From Oligoflexia bacterium (lineage in GTDB: Bacteria; Bdellovibrionota; UBA1018): a DNA stretch of 59,985 bases. The stretch spans positions 1-59,985 of the forward strand of contig JBKCVM010000019.1 of the NCBI GenBank assembly GCA_046317855.1. The letters run 5' to 3'. This document shows, piece by piece, positions 7,154 through 17,245 of the stretch (the first letter of the stretch is position 1; the number at the start of each line of letters is the position of its first letter). The notes under the pieces were generated by a model that was given only the letters and a program-made list of their open reading frames with translations, did no database searches and had not been told where the DNA came from. Both the position numbers and the translations under genes were made by a program.

Positions 7154-9772
7154 CTAGATCATTCCGATAGAAAAGTAGAACCGGTACGACTCTTCATTAG
7201 GACGCGGGGCTACTTTAAATCCGAGATCAAAATTGATGGGACCTACTGGGGTCAAGTAGTGAATCCCAAACCCGGTTCCAAATCTCAGTCCGTCTCTCAA
7301 AGAGTAACGGTCCACCAGCAGATTGGCGGCATCCAAGAACGGACCAAATCGCATTGGACCCGAGAGCGGTAAATCAAGCTGCGTCCGATAGTTGACATAC
7401 GAAGCCGTGCCGCGCACCGCAATGTCCTGAATGTTGAGCTCCTGCTCTCTAAATCCACGGAGACTTGCCGCTCCACCCAGAGCAAACTGTTTAATGAGCG
7501 GAATGGCGACACGTGTGTCGGATATGTCTTGAGTGTTGCGCTCAAGACCTGTCCTAAACGAAAAGTACCAGGTCAAGTCCCGCCAAAAATTCCAAGTATA
7601 ATCTGAACGAAAAAGGAGACGGGTATAGCCGACCGCAAACGGCTCGACCTGAGAGAGCAACAAAGGATCGGCAAGCTCAAAGGACAGAGAGCCGTAGAAT
7701 CCCCGGGTCGGGGCCAGCGGATTATCTCGAAGATCCAGACGAAGCGATGGATTGATAGCACCAATCGTCAAAGTCTGATTATCAATGCTGTCAGGGTCTT
7801 GAGCGGTCTGCTCGATGCGCTCCAGACTATAATTGAATGCTGCTATCAGATTAGAGTCTGAAAGGAGTTTCTTTTCCCACGTCGCAGCAAGAGCCAAAGT
7901 GGACGCATCAAAATTGACATACTGAATCCGCTGAAAGGTAACGTTAGGCCTAAAAACCAAATCACCCCAGCCAAACCACGGCCAGAGATAGCCTAACTGC
8001 AGCTGATACTCGAGCGGGATACGTCGCTCTTCCACCCTTCGATTGGCTGTCGCAGAAAACACCAATGCATGATTGCGACCAAAAAGATTACTATAAGAAG
8101 TCGTTCCGAAAACACGAACCCCGAGGTCATTTCGAAATCCCAAACCTCCAGCCACAAGCCCTGGGGTCCCCTCTTGAACGGTCACAATGACCCTTTTTTG
8201 ATCCGGCGCAGCCTCGTCGGGTTCAATACTGAGTTGCACACTTGAAAAAAGACCCAACCTTCTTAAATTTCCTTCTCCCTCAAAGACAGATTGCTCAGTC
8301 AAGACATCACCGGGACGAAAGGGCAGCTCCCGCCGCACGACCCATTCTCGAGTCTTGCCCAGTCCATCGACCTTAATTCGCGACACTTTAAAGCGCTGAC
8401 CGGGCTGAACCGTGATCTGGACATCCGCAAAATGGTTATTGTCTCGATAATGAACGATCGCATCGGATTGCGACGCACTCTCCGCAGCCTTGCCCTCATT
8501 GGGCACAACCACTTCGAGAAAACCCCGATTTCTAAACCATCGCTTGAGCTGCTGAACCCCGTCGTTGAAGGCGTAAATATTGAAGGGGTCCCCGGGACGT
8601 AGCGAGAGAATTTTGAGCGCCGTTTCTCGGTCAATGGCTGCGTCACCATCCCCACTCGTCACCTCGACCTGACCCACGCGGGTCATCTCCCCTTCGACCA
8701 AGTAGATCTGAAGCACTGCCAAGGTATGCTCCGGGTCCCAAAGCGCCTGGGTGCTCATGAGACGAGCCCCCAAGTATCCGCGAGCCCTGAGTTTCTGAAT
8801 CAAGAACTCAGAGGCTTTATCCACCTCTGGCTTGTAATAGACGCGGTTCGACAACATCCGCGGCACTGACTGAAAAAAAAGTTCGGAGAGCTCAGTGTCG
8901 CTAAAAACTACATTGCCCTCGAACTCGACCCGAGCAATCCGAGCGCGGGATCCCTCTTTGATGACCCAAGTGACATGCCGCCCAGGAGGAGTACGAGACT
9001 GCTGCGGGAGTGCACGAATTTCTGCCTGACTAAAGCCAGCGGACTCATAGGCTTCTTGTAAGCGAGCCTTGAGCGTCTCAACGTAGTCCTGCCCAAGACC
9101 GAGGGCGCGTTGCTCCAAAATCTGCTGAAGTAGCTCATTGCGTGAAAAATACTGATTGCCCCGAAATCCAAAAGTCACTCGCTCACCCAGATCGACTCGA
9201 ATCTGTAGCGCAACCCAAGAGGCGGTCTCACGATCCGATGCCCGGTCCAGCCGATCGACCCGCACTTCGTTGACCACAGAACCAATGAACTCTTCAGCTT
9301 GCATCGCGGACTGGAGCAGACGCGCAGTAGCGGCGGCCTTTTCTTGATCAAACACATCTCCTGTGCGGAGATTGAGAAGACCTCGCAGTCGAACTGAGAA
9401 CTCCTCCCACTGAGCAGGCTTTTCACGAGCAGGCAGCACCCTCACTTCTGAGATTCGAGTGGGCCGACCTTCCCGGATATTGAATTTGAGAGTCCGCGGA
9501 ATGGACTCTTCACTCCAAGAGTGTTGAATCTCCGCCTCCGGAAATCCACGGTAGCGATAAAGTTCCTTCAGATTTCGTAGAGATCTTCGGACAAGCTCAG
9601 GATCAAACTCCTCACCAGCACGAATCTCGAGTACAGCGTTGAGATCTGCGACGCCCAAGACTCTCATTCCGTCAGCCTCGATTTGGTCGACCTCGACTGC
9701 AAACGCTGGGTGAAGTACCGCAACGAAAATGGCGAGGGAAAGCAAACAAGAAAAGATCGGCCTCGCTCCCAT
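7154..9772 (-). CDS. Omp85-family outer-membrane insertase (BamA/TamA-like) with about six POTRA domains
   Basis: Signal peptide; six POTRA-like repeats ending in EG/LG/PG; barrel with LRGF loop-6 motif; C-terminus GPINFDLGF...FYFSIGMI; directly downstream of tamB. Confidence 0.92.
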   Translation of the reverse strand: MGARPIFSCLLSLAIFVAVLHPAFAVEVDQIEADGMRVLGVADLNAVLEIRAGEEFDPELVRRSLRNLKELYRYRGFPEAEIQHSWSEESIPRTLKFNIREGRPTRISEVRVLPAREKPAQWEEFSVRLRGLLNLRTGDVFDQEKAAATARLLQSAMQAEEFIGSVVNEVRVDRLDRASDRETASWVALQIRVDLGERVTFGFRGNQYFSRNELLQQILEQRALGLGQDYVETLKARLQEAYESAGFSQAEIRALPQQSRTPPGRHVTWVIKEGSRARIARVEFEGNVVFSDTELSELFFQSVPRMLSNRVYYKPEVDKASEFLIQKLRARGYLGARLMSTQALWDPEHTLAVLQIYLVEGEMTRVGQVEVTSGDGDAAIDRETALKILSLRPGDPFNIYAFNDGVQQLKRWFRNRGFLEVVVPNEGKAAESASQSDAIVHYRDNNHFADVQITVQPGQRFKVSRIKVDGLGKTREWVVRRELPFRPGDVLTEQSVFEGEGNLRRLGLFSSVQLSIEPDEAAPDQKRVIVTVQEGTPGLVAGGLGFRNDLGVRVFGTTSYSNLFGRNHALVFSATANRRVEERRIPLEYQLQLGYLWPWFGWGDLVFRPNVTFQRIQYVNFDASTLALAATWEKKLLSDSNLIAAFNYSLERIEQTAQDPDSIDNQTLTIGAINPSLRLDLRDNPLAPTRGFYGSLSFELADPLLLSQVEPFAVGYTRLLFRSDYTWNFWRDLTWYFSFRTGLERNTQDISDTRVAIPLIKQFALGGAASLRGFREQELNIQDIAVRGTASYVNYRTQLDLPLSGPMRFGPFLDAANLLVDRYSLRDGLRFGTGFGIHYLTPVGPINFDLGFKVAPRPNEESYRFYFSIGMI

Positions 9773-9774
9773 CG

Positions 9775-12700
9775 CTACTTGAACCTCTTCTGGAGCTTGA
9801 GGTCGAGCCCAAAACTAGTACGCCCCTGTTGGGACGCCCCGGCATCCTGGGTGCTGGTGCCCTCGAGGTAGTTCCAAACTCCTCGGACCGACACCGACGG
9901 TGAAAGGTATAAGTCAGCGTTCACTTCACGTTGTGTCGTTGCACCAGCACCAACAGTGGAACCCACGCTCAGATCCACTTGCTTGCCGATCTGTCGTTTG
10001 AGCACAATTTTTGGCGCAACCGTACTTTCAGCATCCGCCTGCGGTCTAAATGCGCTCGCGCCTTGCATGGTATCTAGAGCTTCACCCACACCGATCTGAA
10101 ATCCGGTCTTCTCTTTGACATCTCGATTAAAATCCATGGAGTGAAGGATCAAAGACGCGGCTTCACTTTGCTGAATTCCAGAGACGTTGGTACTTCTCAA
10201 GCGCCTGGAGTCCTCAGTGGTACGCCCGAGAGTTAAGAGAGACAGAATCTCGGACTCGGGCATCACAGGGTTCGAGGACAGGTCAATTTTATATCGGCCC
10301 GCAGTGCCCGAAGTAAAAAGTTGGATCTTGGTTCCCCCCACCTCCGTAACGGCGCCCAATTCAAAACGCGGATCAAGAGATTGAGGATTATCAAAGATGA
10401 CCTGGGCCGATTGAATCTGAAATACGTGCTCCTTAAAGTTGAGCTTACCTTGACCGGGCACCAATTCAGCGCGCCCGAGGACTCGGGGCGCTTCTAGAGT
10501 GTTGACGAGCGTGATGGCCGCCTTGAGCTCTACATCCAAAAACTCGTTCTGAAATCTCAAACCAGAGTCGGCCTTGACGTCGAGTTTTAAAATCACTAGC
10601 GGAAAATCCAACGAACTATCCGGTGATGCCGGGGGTGCGTAGAGCGTGGTCTTAAGCGCAATGCCCTGTCCAGCGTTAGAAAGCTTTTCTCGGGAGATCG
10701 CTTCATCCACCACGACACTTCCGGAAATCTCGTAGGGGAGCTGCTTTCCTGTCAGCGTGATTTTTCCCTCTCCCACCTTGAGGTATTGAAACGGATAGGC
10801 CTTGAGCCGGTTCTCGGCAAGACTTATGGCAAAGTCGAGTTCAGGCAACCTGTCGGTGTACAACAGAACCTGACCACCCCCGGATACTCGCCCCTGCGCC
10901 AAGTCGGCCTGAAACGATGTAAAGAGCCATTTATTCTTTCGAACCGAAATTCTTCCAGAAAGGTTTTCAATCGGAGAATCAAGGCTATTGATCCTAATTC
11001 GTCCCGAGTCAACCTCAGCTGCCCCCGACAACTCGGGCGACCAGAAGGCTCCAGAAAGATTGAAATCAAGATTCACTCGACCACCGGCTTGCAGTACAGG
11101 CGCAGCAACAAATTCAAGGAAGGACAGATCAAGATCTCCGGAGAGGTGCGTGCTCCAGTTCCCCCTTCTTGCCCCGAGCTGTGCCGCTACAATTTGGCCT
11201 GAAGCCGATGAGACCCGAATCGCTGGCAAATCAAAAGTACCTGAGTCCAGACGACTTGAAACAGGGTCCAAAAGTTTGAAAGAAGCGCCCTGCTTTTTCA
11301 ATCGAAGCTCGGAGAGAGAGACGGTGCCGCTTGCTAGATCGATCGCACTTCCACGGTATGAAAGATTGACCTCGCCCGACACACGAGCCCCCAGTTCATC
11401 CTCGTTTGCAAGCTTTGGATTCAGGAGAATCAATGCAGAAGATAAATCCAGATTATTGGCGACGAGTGAAAACCGATTACTGGAATGGGACGCAGGGTCG
11501 TGCTGTGCAACGATTTTTAATTGGCCACCCAGGCCGGCGCCCTCCGCGTTAAAGGCTCCTTGCTTGCTCTGAACGGAGAGAGAAGACTCCGCTAAACTCT
11601 TGCCACGAATGGCAGCTCCGACCAGTCGCAGTTGGGTCGTGGACTCTAGTTGCTGCCATTTCCCTGAGCCCTCAGACTGAATCGATAAGTCCCCACTGAC
11701 TGGGACATCGAGTCGGATGATCCAGTCAAAGTCTCGAAGGGAGAGATTCTGCGTCCGCAGTCGCCACGCAAGCTTACCCTCTGGACCAAAAGAAACTTTA
11801 CCCAGGATTGAGCCAGATCTCTTGATGGCGACCAGATCCTCTGCCCAATAACGTCCCGCTTGATAGCCGCCACGAAATTTCACTGCGCTCAGCTGTTCGC
11901 CTAAGTACGACCAGTTAGAGCCGTCGAGCTGGGCCTGAATGTCCATCCCCTGTACGGATAGGGCACCTCCCACGCTTCCACGAATGCGAGTCCGCCCGCG
12001 AAGTAAATGAGGAAACCAAGGGAGTTGACGAGTCAGCGGCGAGAGAATCCGAGAAAAATCTTCAATTCTGCCGTTAGGCATATCAAAGCCTAAGGCCATC
12101 TTTCCGTCCCCTCGAAAATCGATCGATCCATCCACCTGGTAAGAGGACGTTCCATTTCTTGCGTCGACGCGATGAAAACTCAGCAGCTTTAGGTCATCAG
12201 AAAGAGTGATCCTTCCCTTGATCTTGCCAAACTGAAGCTGAACGTACTCAGCCTCCTGAAGATCCGCATCAAACTCGAGAGCTAACGAGTTGCGACCTCC
12301 ATGAATTCGAGCCTGCAGCCCACCCTTGCCCCGAATCTGCGAGCGTCCCAAAGATTCGAGATCAGACAAGTCAGCACTCCCCCCCACCCCCAAGTCCCAC
12401 TGGATTTCAGGAGAGCCAGCCTGAGAAATAGATCCCCAGGTCACCCCGCCCCCAACTTTGAAGCGGGAGCTCCCAAAGCCTAACTCGAGCTCAAGCGGTG
12501 AAAACCGGCTGCGTTCAACCAAAAACGTTCCGTTGATCTGAACGGACTTGGTGCGGAGGATCAGATTTTGATCGCGACGGCTCGAGCCACCAAACAGACT
12601 CAGTGACGGCGCCGAAAGTCGCGCTTGGGTAAGGATCCTAAAATTCTTGGATTTTGGATTCAGCTCCACATCCAGCGCCCCACTCAGACGTGTTGCCAGT

Positions 12701-13914
12701 GATTCGAGCGTAGAGGCGTGAGGCCCCAGCAAAGGCGAAAGCTCAACACTCTCCAATCGAACTGGGATCTTCAGAGTCTCATCCGCATGCGGGTGCCAGA
12801 CGATTCGACCCAGCTCGAGATGACCTTGAGCAAGCTCGATGCGCCCCCGCTCAAGAACCGCTCGAGACTCCGACCCATTGGAAGAGAGCTCAAAAAGCCC
12901 ATCCAGGTCCGCTCGCTTAAAAGCCCATCCCTCGAGAGTCGTATCCCGAAGCTCAGTTTTTCCAGCTAAACGGAGAGATTTCCGTGGATTTAAGAGATCC
13001 GTTTGAAGTTGACCTTCAAAAGAGAGCCCACCCCGGAGCTTGGCTTTGCTGAGACCACTCCAAGCAGCGATTGAACTCAGTTGTCCTGAGGCGCTGATTT
13101 TTAGATCCGCCTGGAGGGATTCAAAATCAAGAACACTTCCTTTAATTTTTCCGCTGGCCTGGGAGACAAACTCAAAGCCCTCCTTGCCAAAATCCACCGA
13201 AAGACCAGACACGTCCACTCGGTCCGGATAGATGACGGCATGAGCCTCGAGGTCAGAGACTCTGCTGGGCCCTTTCTGAGAGGAGGGAGATTTGAATTCG
13301 ACCGAATCCAGAGCGCCATCCAAGGCAAGAGCAAAAGACCCAGGACTTCCCGTTCGAGCAAGCACGACCTCACGGGTGGCAAGAATGAGCTTTGCCCCTG
13401 AGTCCGACCACTCGAGCAACACCCGGGAGTCTTCGAGCGCAATGGCGCGGATTTGGATCTGGACGAGTTTTTCCCAATCTAGAAGGGTTGAACGCTCTTT
13501 TTTGCGAGAAGCCTTCAACGCCTTGGCCTGAGTAGGCGTGATCTTAAGCTCAAGATCTCCGCCTACGATCCTTGCCTCCGAGAGCTCCACGTGACCAGTC
13601 AACATCTGAAGAGGCTTGAAGCTGACTCCAATCTGTTTGGCCTTGATGACTGAGTCCGCGGGTAATGAAAACAAGTTTTCAGGTGCCAGCTTCAATTCGG
13701 GCTCACTGATGGTCACCGCTGGCGGAAAGAGCTGAATGCCGAATTCTCGAAAATTACCACTGATCCCGAGTTCTGGTGGGACGGACTTCTCGAGAAATCG
13801 CCTCACCATTCCAGCAAAAGTGCGACTCTGCAAAAAACCAAAGGCGGCGCCCAAAAGCACCGTCGTGAGCACTGCAAAAATGAGGAGCGGTCTTCTCAGA
13901 ATCCGAATCAGCAT
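9775..13914 (-). CDS. tamB: TamB/AsmA-like translocation and assembly module protein
   Basis: N-terminal TM anchor, long beta-taco repeat sequence, DUF490-like C-terminus (DNPQSLDPRFELGA, LSSNPVMPESEILSLLTLG). Confidence 0.88.
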   Translation of the reverse strand: MLIRILRRPLLIFAVLTTVLLGAAFGFLQSRTFAGMVRRFLEKSVPPELGISGNFREFGIQLFPPAVTISEPELKLAPENLFSLPADSVIKAKQIGVSFKPLQMLTGHVELSEARIVGGDLELKITPTQAKALKASRKKERSTLLDWEKLVQIQIRAIALEDSRVLLEWSDSGAKLILATREVVLARTGSPGSFALALDGALDSVEFKSPSSQKGPSRVSDLEAHAVIYPDRVDVSGLSVDFGKEGFEFVSQASGKIKGSVLDFESLQADLKISASGQLSSIAAWSGLSKAKLRGGLSFEGQLQTDLLNPRKSLRLAGKTELRDTTLEGWAFKRADLDGLFELSSNGSESRAVLERGRIELAQGHLELGRIVWHPHADETLKIPVRLESVELSPLLGPHASTLESLATRLSGALDVELNPKSKNFRILTQARLSAPSLSLFGGSSRRDQNLILRTKSVQINGTFLVERSRFSPLELELGFGSSRFKVGGGVTWGSISQAGSPEIQWDLGVGGSADLSDLESLGRSQIRGKGGLQARIHGGRNSLALEFDADLQEAEYVQLQFGKIKGRITLSDDLKLLSFHRVDARNGTSSYQVDGSIDFRGDGKMALGFDMPNGRIEDFSRILSPLTRQLPWFPHLLRGRTRIRGSVGGALSVQGMDIQAQLDGSNWSYLGEQLSAVKFRGGYQAGRYWAEDLVAIKRSGSILGKVSFGPEGKLAWRLRTQNLSLRDFDWIIRLDVPVSGDLSIQSEGSGKWQQLESTTQLRLVGAAIRGKSLAESSLSVQSKQGAFNAEGAGLGGQLKIVAQHDPASHSSNRFSLVANNLDLSSALILLNPKLANEDELGARVSGEVNLSYRGSAIDLASGTVSLSELRLKKQGASFKLLDPVSSRLDSGTFDLPAIRVSSASGQIVAAQLGARRGNWSTHLSGDLDLSFLEFVAAPVLQAGGRVNLDFNLSGAFWSPELSGAAEVDSGRIRINSLDSPIENLSGRISVRKNKWLFTSFQADLAQGRVSGGGQVLLYTDRLPELDFAISLAENRLKAYPFQYLKVGEGKITLTGKQLPYEISGSVVVDEAISREKLSNAGQGIALKTTLYAPPASPDSSLDFPLVILKLDVKADSGLRFQNEFLDVELKAAITLVNTLEAPRVLGRAELVPGQGKLNFKEHVFQIQSAQVIFDNPQSLDPRFELGAVTEVGGTKIQLFTSGTAGRYKIDLSSNPVMPESEILSLLTLGRTTEDSRRLRSTNVSGIQQSEAASLILHSMDFNRDVKEKTGFQIGVGEALDTMQGASAFRPQADAESTVAPKIVLKRQIGKQVDLSVGSTVGAGATTQREVNADLYLSPSVSVRGVWNYLEGTSTQDAGASQQGRTSFGLDLKLQKRFK

Positions 13915-13926
13915 TTTGAGTCCACC

Positions 13927-14763
13927 CTAGAGCTTGCCCGCTCTGAATTTCGAATCCCGATGAGTCGCAAGAACTTTGAAAATGGCCTGAGCCTCAGCCC
14001 TGCGGCCCAAGACCTCAAGAGCCCGCGCACGCAAGTAAGTAAACTCAGTCCTCAACGGAGCCGGAAGCGTAGGATCCCTCAACGCAAGCTCGGCAACGGT
14101 TCGAGCTCGCTCACCTTCGCCGGCAAGGAGGCAGGTCTCTGATAAGAGCGCCTGGAACTCAAAACTTTCTTTGTCTTGCCGGGCCTGCTCAAGCACATCT
14201 ACAGCGAGCCCTGGCTGATCCAGCACCACCAGCGCAACAGCCCAGTCCATTCTCTCCCTGGCCGATGCACCCCGAGGCAGGGCCTGAGCAATCCACTGCT
14301 CGCAGAGTCGGGTCTCGTCTGCTCCGGGCGCAAGCCCCAGTCCTAGCGCTTCATCCAGTTCCTTGAGAGTCAGGTCAGGCTCTCTCAGAGAGTCTTCAGA
14401 AACTTCACCCTTGAGATAAGTCAGAGTGGAACGCGCCGACGCATCTGCCCCGAGAAGCGCGCCTAACTCCTGAGACCGAATCTCCTCAAGAAGCATTCGA
14501 GCCACTGCATTGGCAGGTTCGTTTCGAAGGACACGAAAGAGCGCCTTACGGGCGTCAGCCAAAAGCCCCTCGTTCAAAAGAATCCTCGCAGAGTCGAGTT
14601 CATCAGCAGCAAGGCCAGATGTTTTTGCTGAAGGAGGCGGGGAAGCAGTGGACTCCGCCTCAGACGCAGAAGACTGCAAAAGGTCATCACCCAGGTCGAC
14701 TTGAGTCCCCTCAGGTGCCCCCTCGGGAGGGGCTTTGCCCCAGGAAGATGAAAACGAGCTCAT
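13927..14763 (-). CDS. TPR-like protein at the syntenic position of SgmX/Bd2492
   Basis: Start re-called to ATG 14763 (GGGGAG SD, just after the accC stop). Helical TPR-like repeats (ARILLNEGLLADARKAL; FTYLRARALEVLGRRAEA). Lies between accC and tamB. Confidence 0.7.
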   Translation of the reverse strand: MSSFSSSWGKAPPEGAPEGTQVDLGDDLLQSSASEAESTASPPPSAKTSGLAADELDSARILLNEGLLADARKALFRVLRNEPANAVARMLLEEIRSQELGALLGADASARSTLTYLKGEVSEDSLREPDLTLKELDEALGLGLAPGADETRLCEQWIAQALPRGASARERMDWAVALVVLDQPGLAVDVLEQARQDKESFEFQALLSETCLLAGEGERARTVAELALRDPTLPAPLRTEFTYLRARALEVLGRRAEAQAIFKVLATHRDSKFRAGKL

Positions 14764-14773
14764 CTCCCCAATT

Positions 14774-16129
14774 TTATTCGGTTTTAGCGAGAAACTCTTC
14801 CAAAAAGTGGGTGTCGTACCGGGAGCTTTTAAACTTCTCGCTCGCCATGATCTTCTTGTGAAAAGAAACGTTCGTCTTGATTCCTTCGACCACAAATTCG
14901 TCAAGCGCCTGTCGCATCTTGGCAATGGCCTCAGTGCGAGTAGGGGCATGGACGATCAATTTGGCGATCATTGAATCGTAGTAGGGAACTACTTTGTACT
15001 GATCGTAAACAAAAGATTCGATGCGCACCCCCAAACCACCTGGCACATGCAATGCGGTGATCTTTCCGGGAGAAGGGGTGAATTTTTCTGGGTCTTCAGC
15101 ATTGATGCGACACTCAATAGAATGCGACGCAATTTTGACGTCGGACTGCTTGATCTTGAGCTTCTGCCCCGCCGCAGAGGCGATCTGCTCTTTGAGTAGA
15201 TCAATTCCTGTCACCATCTCGGTGACAGGGTGCTCCACTTGAATGCGGGTATTCATTTCCATGAAATAAAAGTTGAGATTCTCGTCGACCAGAAACTCAA
15301 CCGTGCCCACATTTTCATAATTCACAGCCTTGCAGAGACTGAGGGCCGCCTCACCCATTTTCTGACGGAGCGCCTCATCCAGCACAGGGCTCGGAGCTTC
15401 TTCGAGGAGTTTTTGATGCCGACGCTGAATGGTACAGTCGCGCTCGCCCAGAAAAAGCCGATTTCCATACTTATCGCAGAGTACTTGGATCTCCACATGC
15501 CTGGGGCGTTCACAAAATTTTTCGACATACATCGCAGGATTGCCAAAAGCTGCCCCCGCCTCAGCGCTCACTCGATCAAACGAAGAACGAAGCTCGGCGG
15601 TCGACCGTACAACATAAATCCCGCGCCCCCCGCCGCCTGCAGCCGCTTTTAAAATCACAGGGTAGCCAATTTTCTCGGCCTCTTTTACGGCAGCCTCAAC
15701 TCCAGGAACCGCAGATAGGGTCCCTGGAAGCATCGGCACCCCGGCCTCCCGCGCAATGGCCCGCGCTCGCGTCTTTTCGCCCATCGCCTCAATGTTCTCA
15801 GGGGTAGGCCCAATGAAAGTAATACGGCACTCTCGGCAAAGACGCGCAAACTCTGCATTTTCAGACAAAAATCCGTATCCCGGATGGATCGCGTCGGCAC
15901 CAGTGATCTCAGCTGCAGAAAGGATACTGGCCATGTTGAGGTAGCTCAGTTTGCTCTGCGGCGGGCCGATACAGACGGCTTCGTCAGCAAGCTTAACGTG
16001 TAGAGACTCTTCGTCAGCCGTTGAATAGACCGCAACGGTGGCGATACCCAGCTCGCGGCACGCACGGATTACTCGAAGAGCAATCTCACCGCGATTAGCA
16101 ATCAAGACTTTCTTGAAAAGCGGAGCCAT
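14774..16129 (-). CDS. accC: acetyl-CoA carboxylase, biotin carboxylase subunit
   Basis: KKVLIANRGEIALR, AIHPGYGFLSEN, GGGGRG, FMEMNTRIQVEHPVTE, PYYDSMIAKL. Confidence 0.97.
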   Translation of the reverse strand: MAPLFKKVLIANRGEIALRVIRACRELGIATVAVYSTADEESLHVKLADEAVCIGPPQSKLSYLNMASILSAAEITGADAIHPGYGFLSENAEFARLCRECRITFIGPTPENIEAMGEKTRARAIAREAGVPMLPGTLSAVPGVEAAVKEAEKIGYPVILKAAAGGGGRGIYVVRSTAELRSSFDRVSAEAGAAFGNPAMYVEKFCERPRHVEIQVLCDKYGNRLFLGERDCTIQRRHQKLLEEAPSPVLDEALRQKMGEAALSLCKAVNYENVGTVEFLVDENLNFYFMEMNTRIQVEHPVTEMVTGIDLLKEQIASAAGQKLKIKQSDVKIASHSIECRINAEDPEKFTPSPGKITALHVPGGLGVRIESFVYDQYKVVPYYDSMIAKLIVHAPTRTEAIAKMRQALDEFVVEGIKTNVSFHKKIMASEKFKSSRYDTHFLEEFLAKTE

Positions 16130-16139
16130 CCCTCAGCCC

Positions 16140-16670
16140 TCAAGTTGCGATCACAAAGAGCGGTTCACCAAATTCGACGGGTTGGCCATTCTCCACGAGA
16201 ATTTGCACCACTTTACCCGGAAATTCGGCTTCAATCTCATTCATGAGCTTCATCGCTTCAATGATGCAAAGCGTATCTCCCGCCTTGATACTCTGGCCTT
16301 CGCTCACGTAGTTGGCCTTGTCGGGGCCGGGCTTGCGGTAAAAAGTCCCGACAAAAGGTGAGAGAATTTTTTTGTGGTTTGAGGGAGCAGCCCCACCCGA
16401 AGTCGACGCGACTTGGGCAGGCGCAGGCGCAGGCACAGGTGCTGAAGCCGAGACCTGAGTTGGCGAAGAAAAGACAACGGGAGCCGCTGCCACCGGAGCA
16501 GCCGCCAATGCAGCATGCTTGGAGCGGAGCTTGAGTCGGGTGCCGCCTTGCTCCCACTCTAGCTCTGCCACATCATTCTGGGTCATGAGACCCAAGATCG
16601 ACTCGAGCTCAGAGATTGGAAAAACCCCTGATTTTGAGGACTTTTTGTTACTTATTGGCTTTTTCGACAT
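16140..16670 (-). CDS. accB: acetyl-CoA carboxylase biotin carboxyl carrier protein
   Basis: [21 protein letters not shown] biotinylation motif, Ala/Pro linker. Start re-called to ATG 16670, which overlaps efp by 23 nt; start uncertain. Confidence 0.93.
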   Translation of the reverse strand: MSKKPISNKKSSKSGVFPISELESILGLMTQNDVAELEWEQGGTRLKLRSKHAALAAAPVAAAPVVFSSPTQVSASAPVPAPAPAQVASTSGGAAPSNHKKILSPFVGTFYRKPGPDKANYVSEGQSIKAGDTLCIIEAMKLMNEIEAEFPGKVVQILVENGQPVEFGEPLFVIAT

Positions 16671-17208
16671 AGCTTGAATCTCGGGTGTCGATCTTAAGGA
16701 CATCGCCTTCTTTGATATGAAAAGGAACCTGCACCACCGCACCCGTCTCAAGGGTGGCAGGCTTGGTTCCGCCGACGGTGTCACCCTTAAAGGCGCTTGT
16801 GGTCTCGGTCACCTTGAGGGTCACGAACGTGGGAAGCTCAATTCCGATCGGGCGCTCATTAAAGTACATCACCTTGATGACGAGGTTTTCTTGCAAAAAA
16901 TCCTTGCTCGAACCGAGCTGGTCATCTGAGAGCGCCACCTGGTCGTAGTTGGCCTGGTTCATAAAATGGAAACCTTCGGCATCGTGATACAGGTACTGCA
17001 TTTCACGCTCTTCAGTGTTGGCGCGATCCAGCTTGTCACCCGAAGTAATGGTGCGCTCAATCACGTTCTGGTTGAGCATATTTTTGAGCTTGGTGCGAGT
17101 GAAGGCGCGGCCTTTGCCAGGGCTAACATGCTGAAAATCAACGATTTCGTAGGGAGTGCCCTCGATCTCGACCTTAAGGCCTTTGCGAAACTGGTTGGTT
17201 GCGTACAT
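16648..17208 (-). CDS. efp: elongation factor P
   Basis: [31 protein letters not shown]. Confidence 0.97.
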   Translation of the reverse strand: MYATNQFRKGLKVEIEGTPYEIVDFQHVSPGKGRAFTRTKLKNMLNQNVIERTITSGDKLDRANTEEREMQYLYHDAEGFHFMNQANYDQVALSDDQLGSSKDFLQENLVIKVMYFNERPIGIELPTFVTLKVTETTSAFKGDTVGGTKPATLETGAVVQVPFHIKEGDVLKIDTRDSSYVEKANK

Positions 17209-17216
17209 GAAGGAAG

Positions 17217-17245
17217 GGTCTAAACCGCCCCACCGTCCAAGTCAA
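17217..17245 (-). promoter_or_regulatory. candidate sigma70 promoter for efp-accBC
   Basis: TTGACT-N17-TAGACC, then 8 pyrimidines (CTTCCTTC) to the ATG; no SD. Confidence 0.55.

Noticed and set aside
13927-14949. N-terminal extensions in the ORF track for many genes (TPR 14949, accB 16784, pilM 22816, pilD 24298, pilR 28636, batA 40709, DUF58 42524, tatC 52498, cyclophilin 52109, hemW 58681)
   Set aside because: They run into neighbouring genes; downstream starts have an SD or promoter and match family N-termini.
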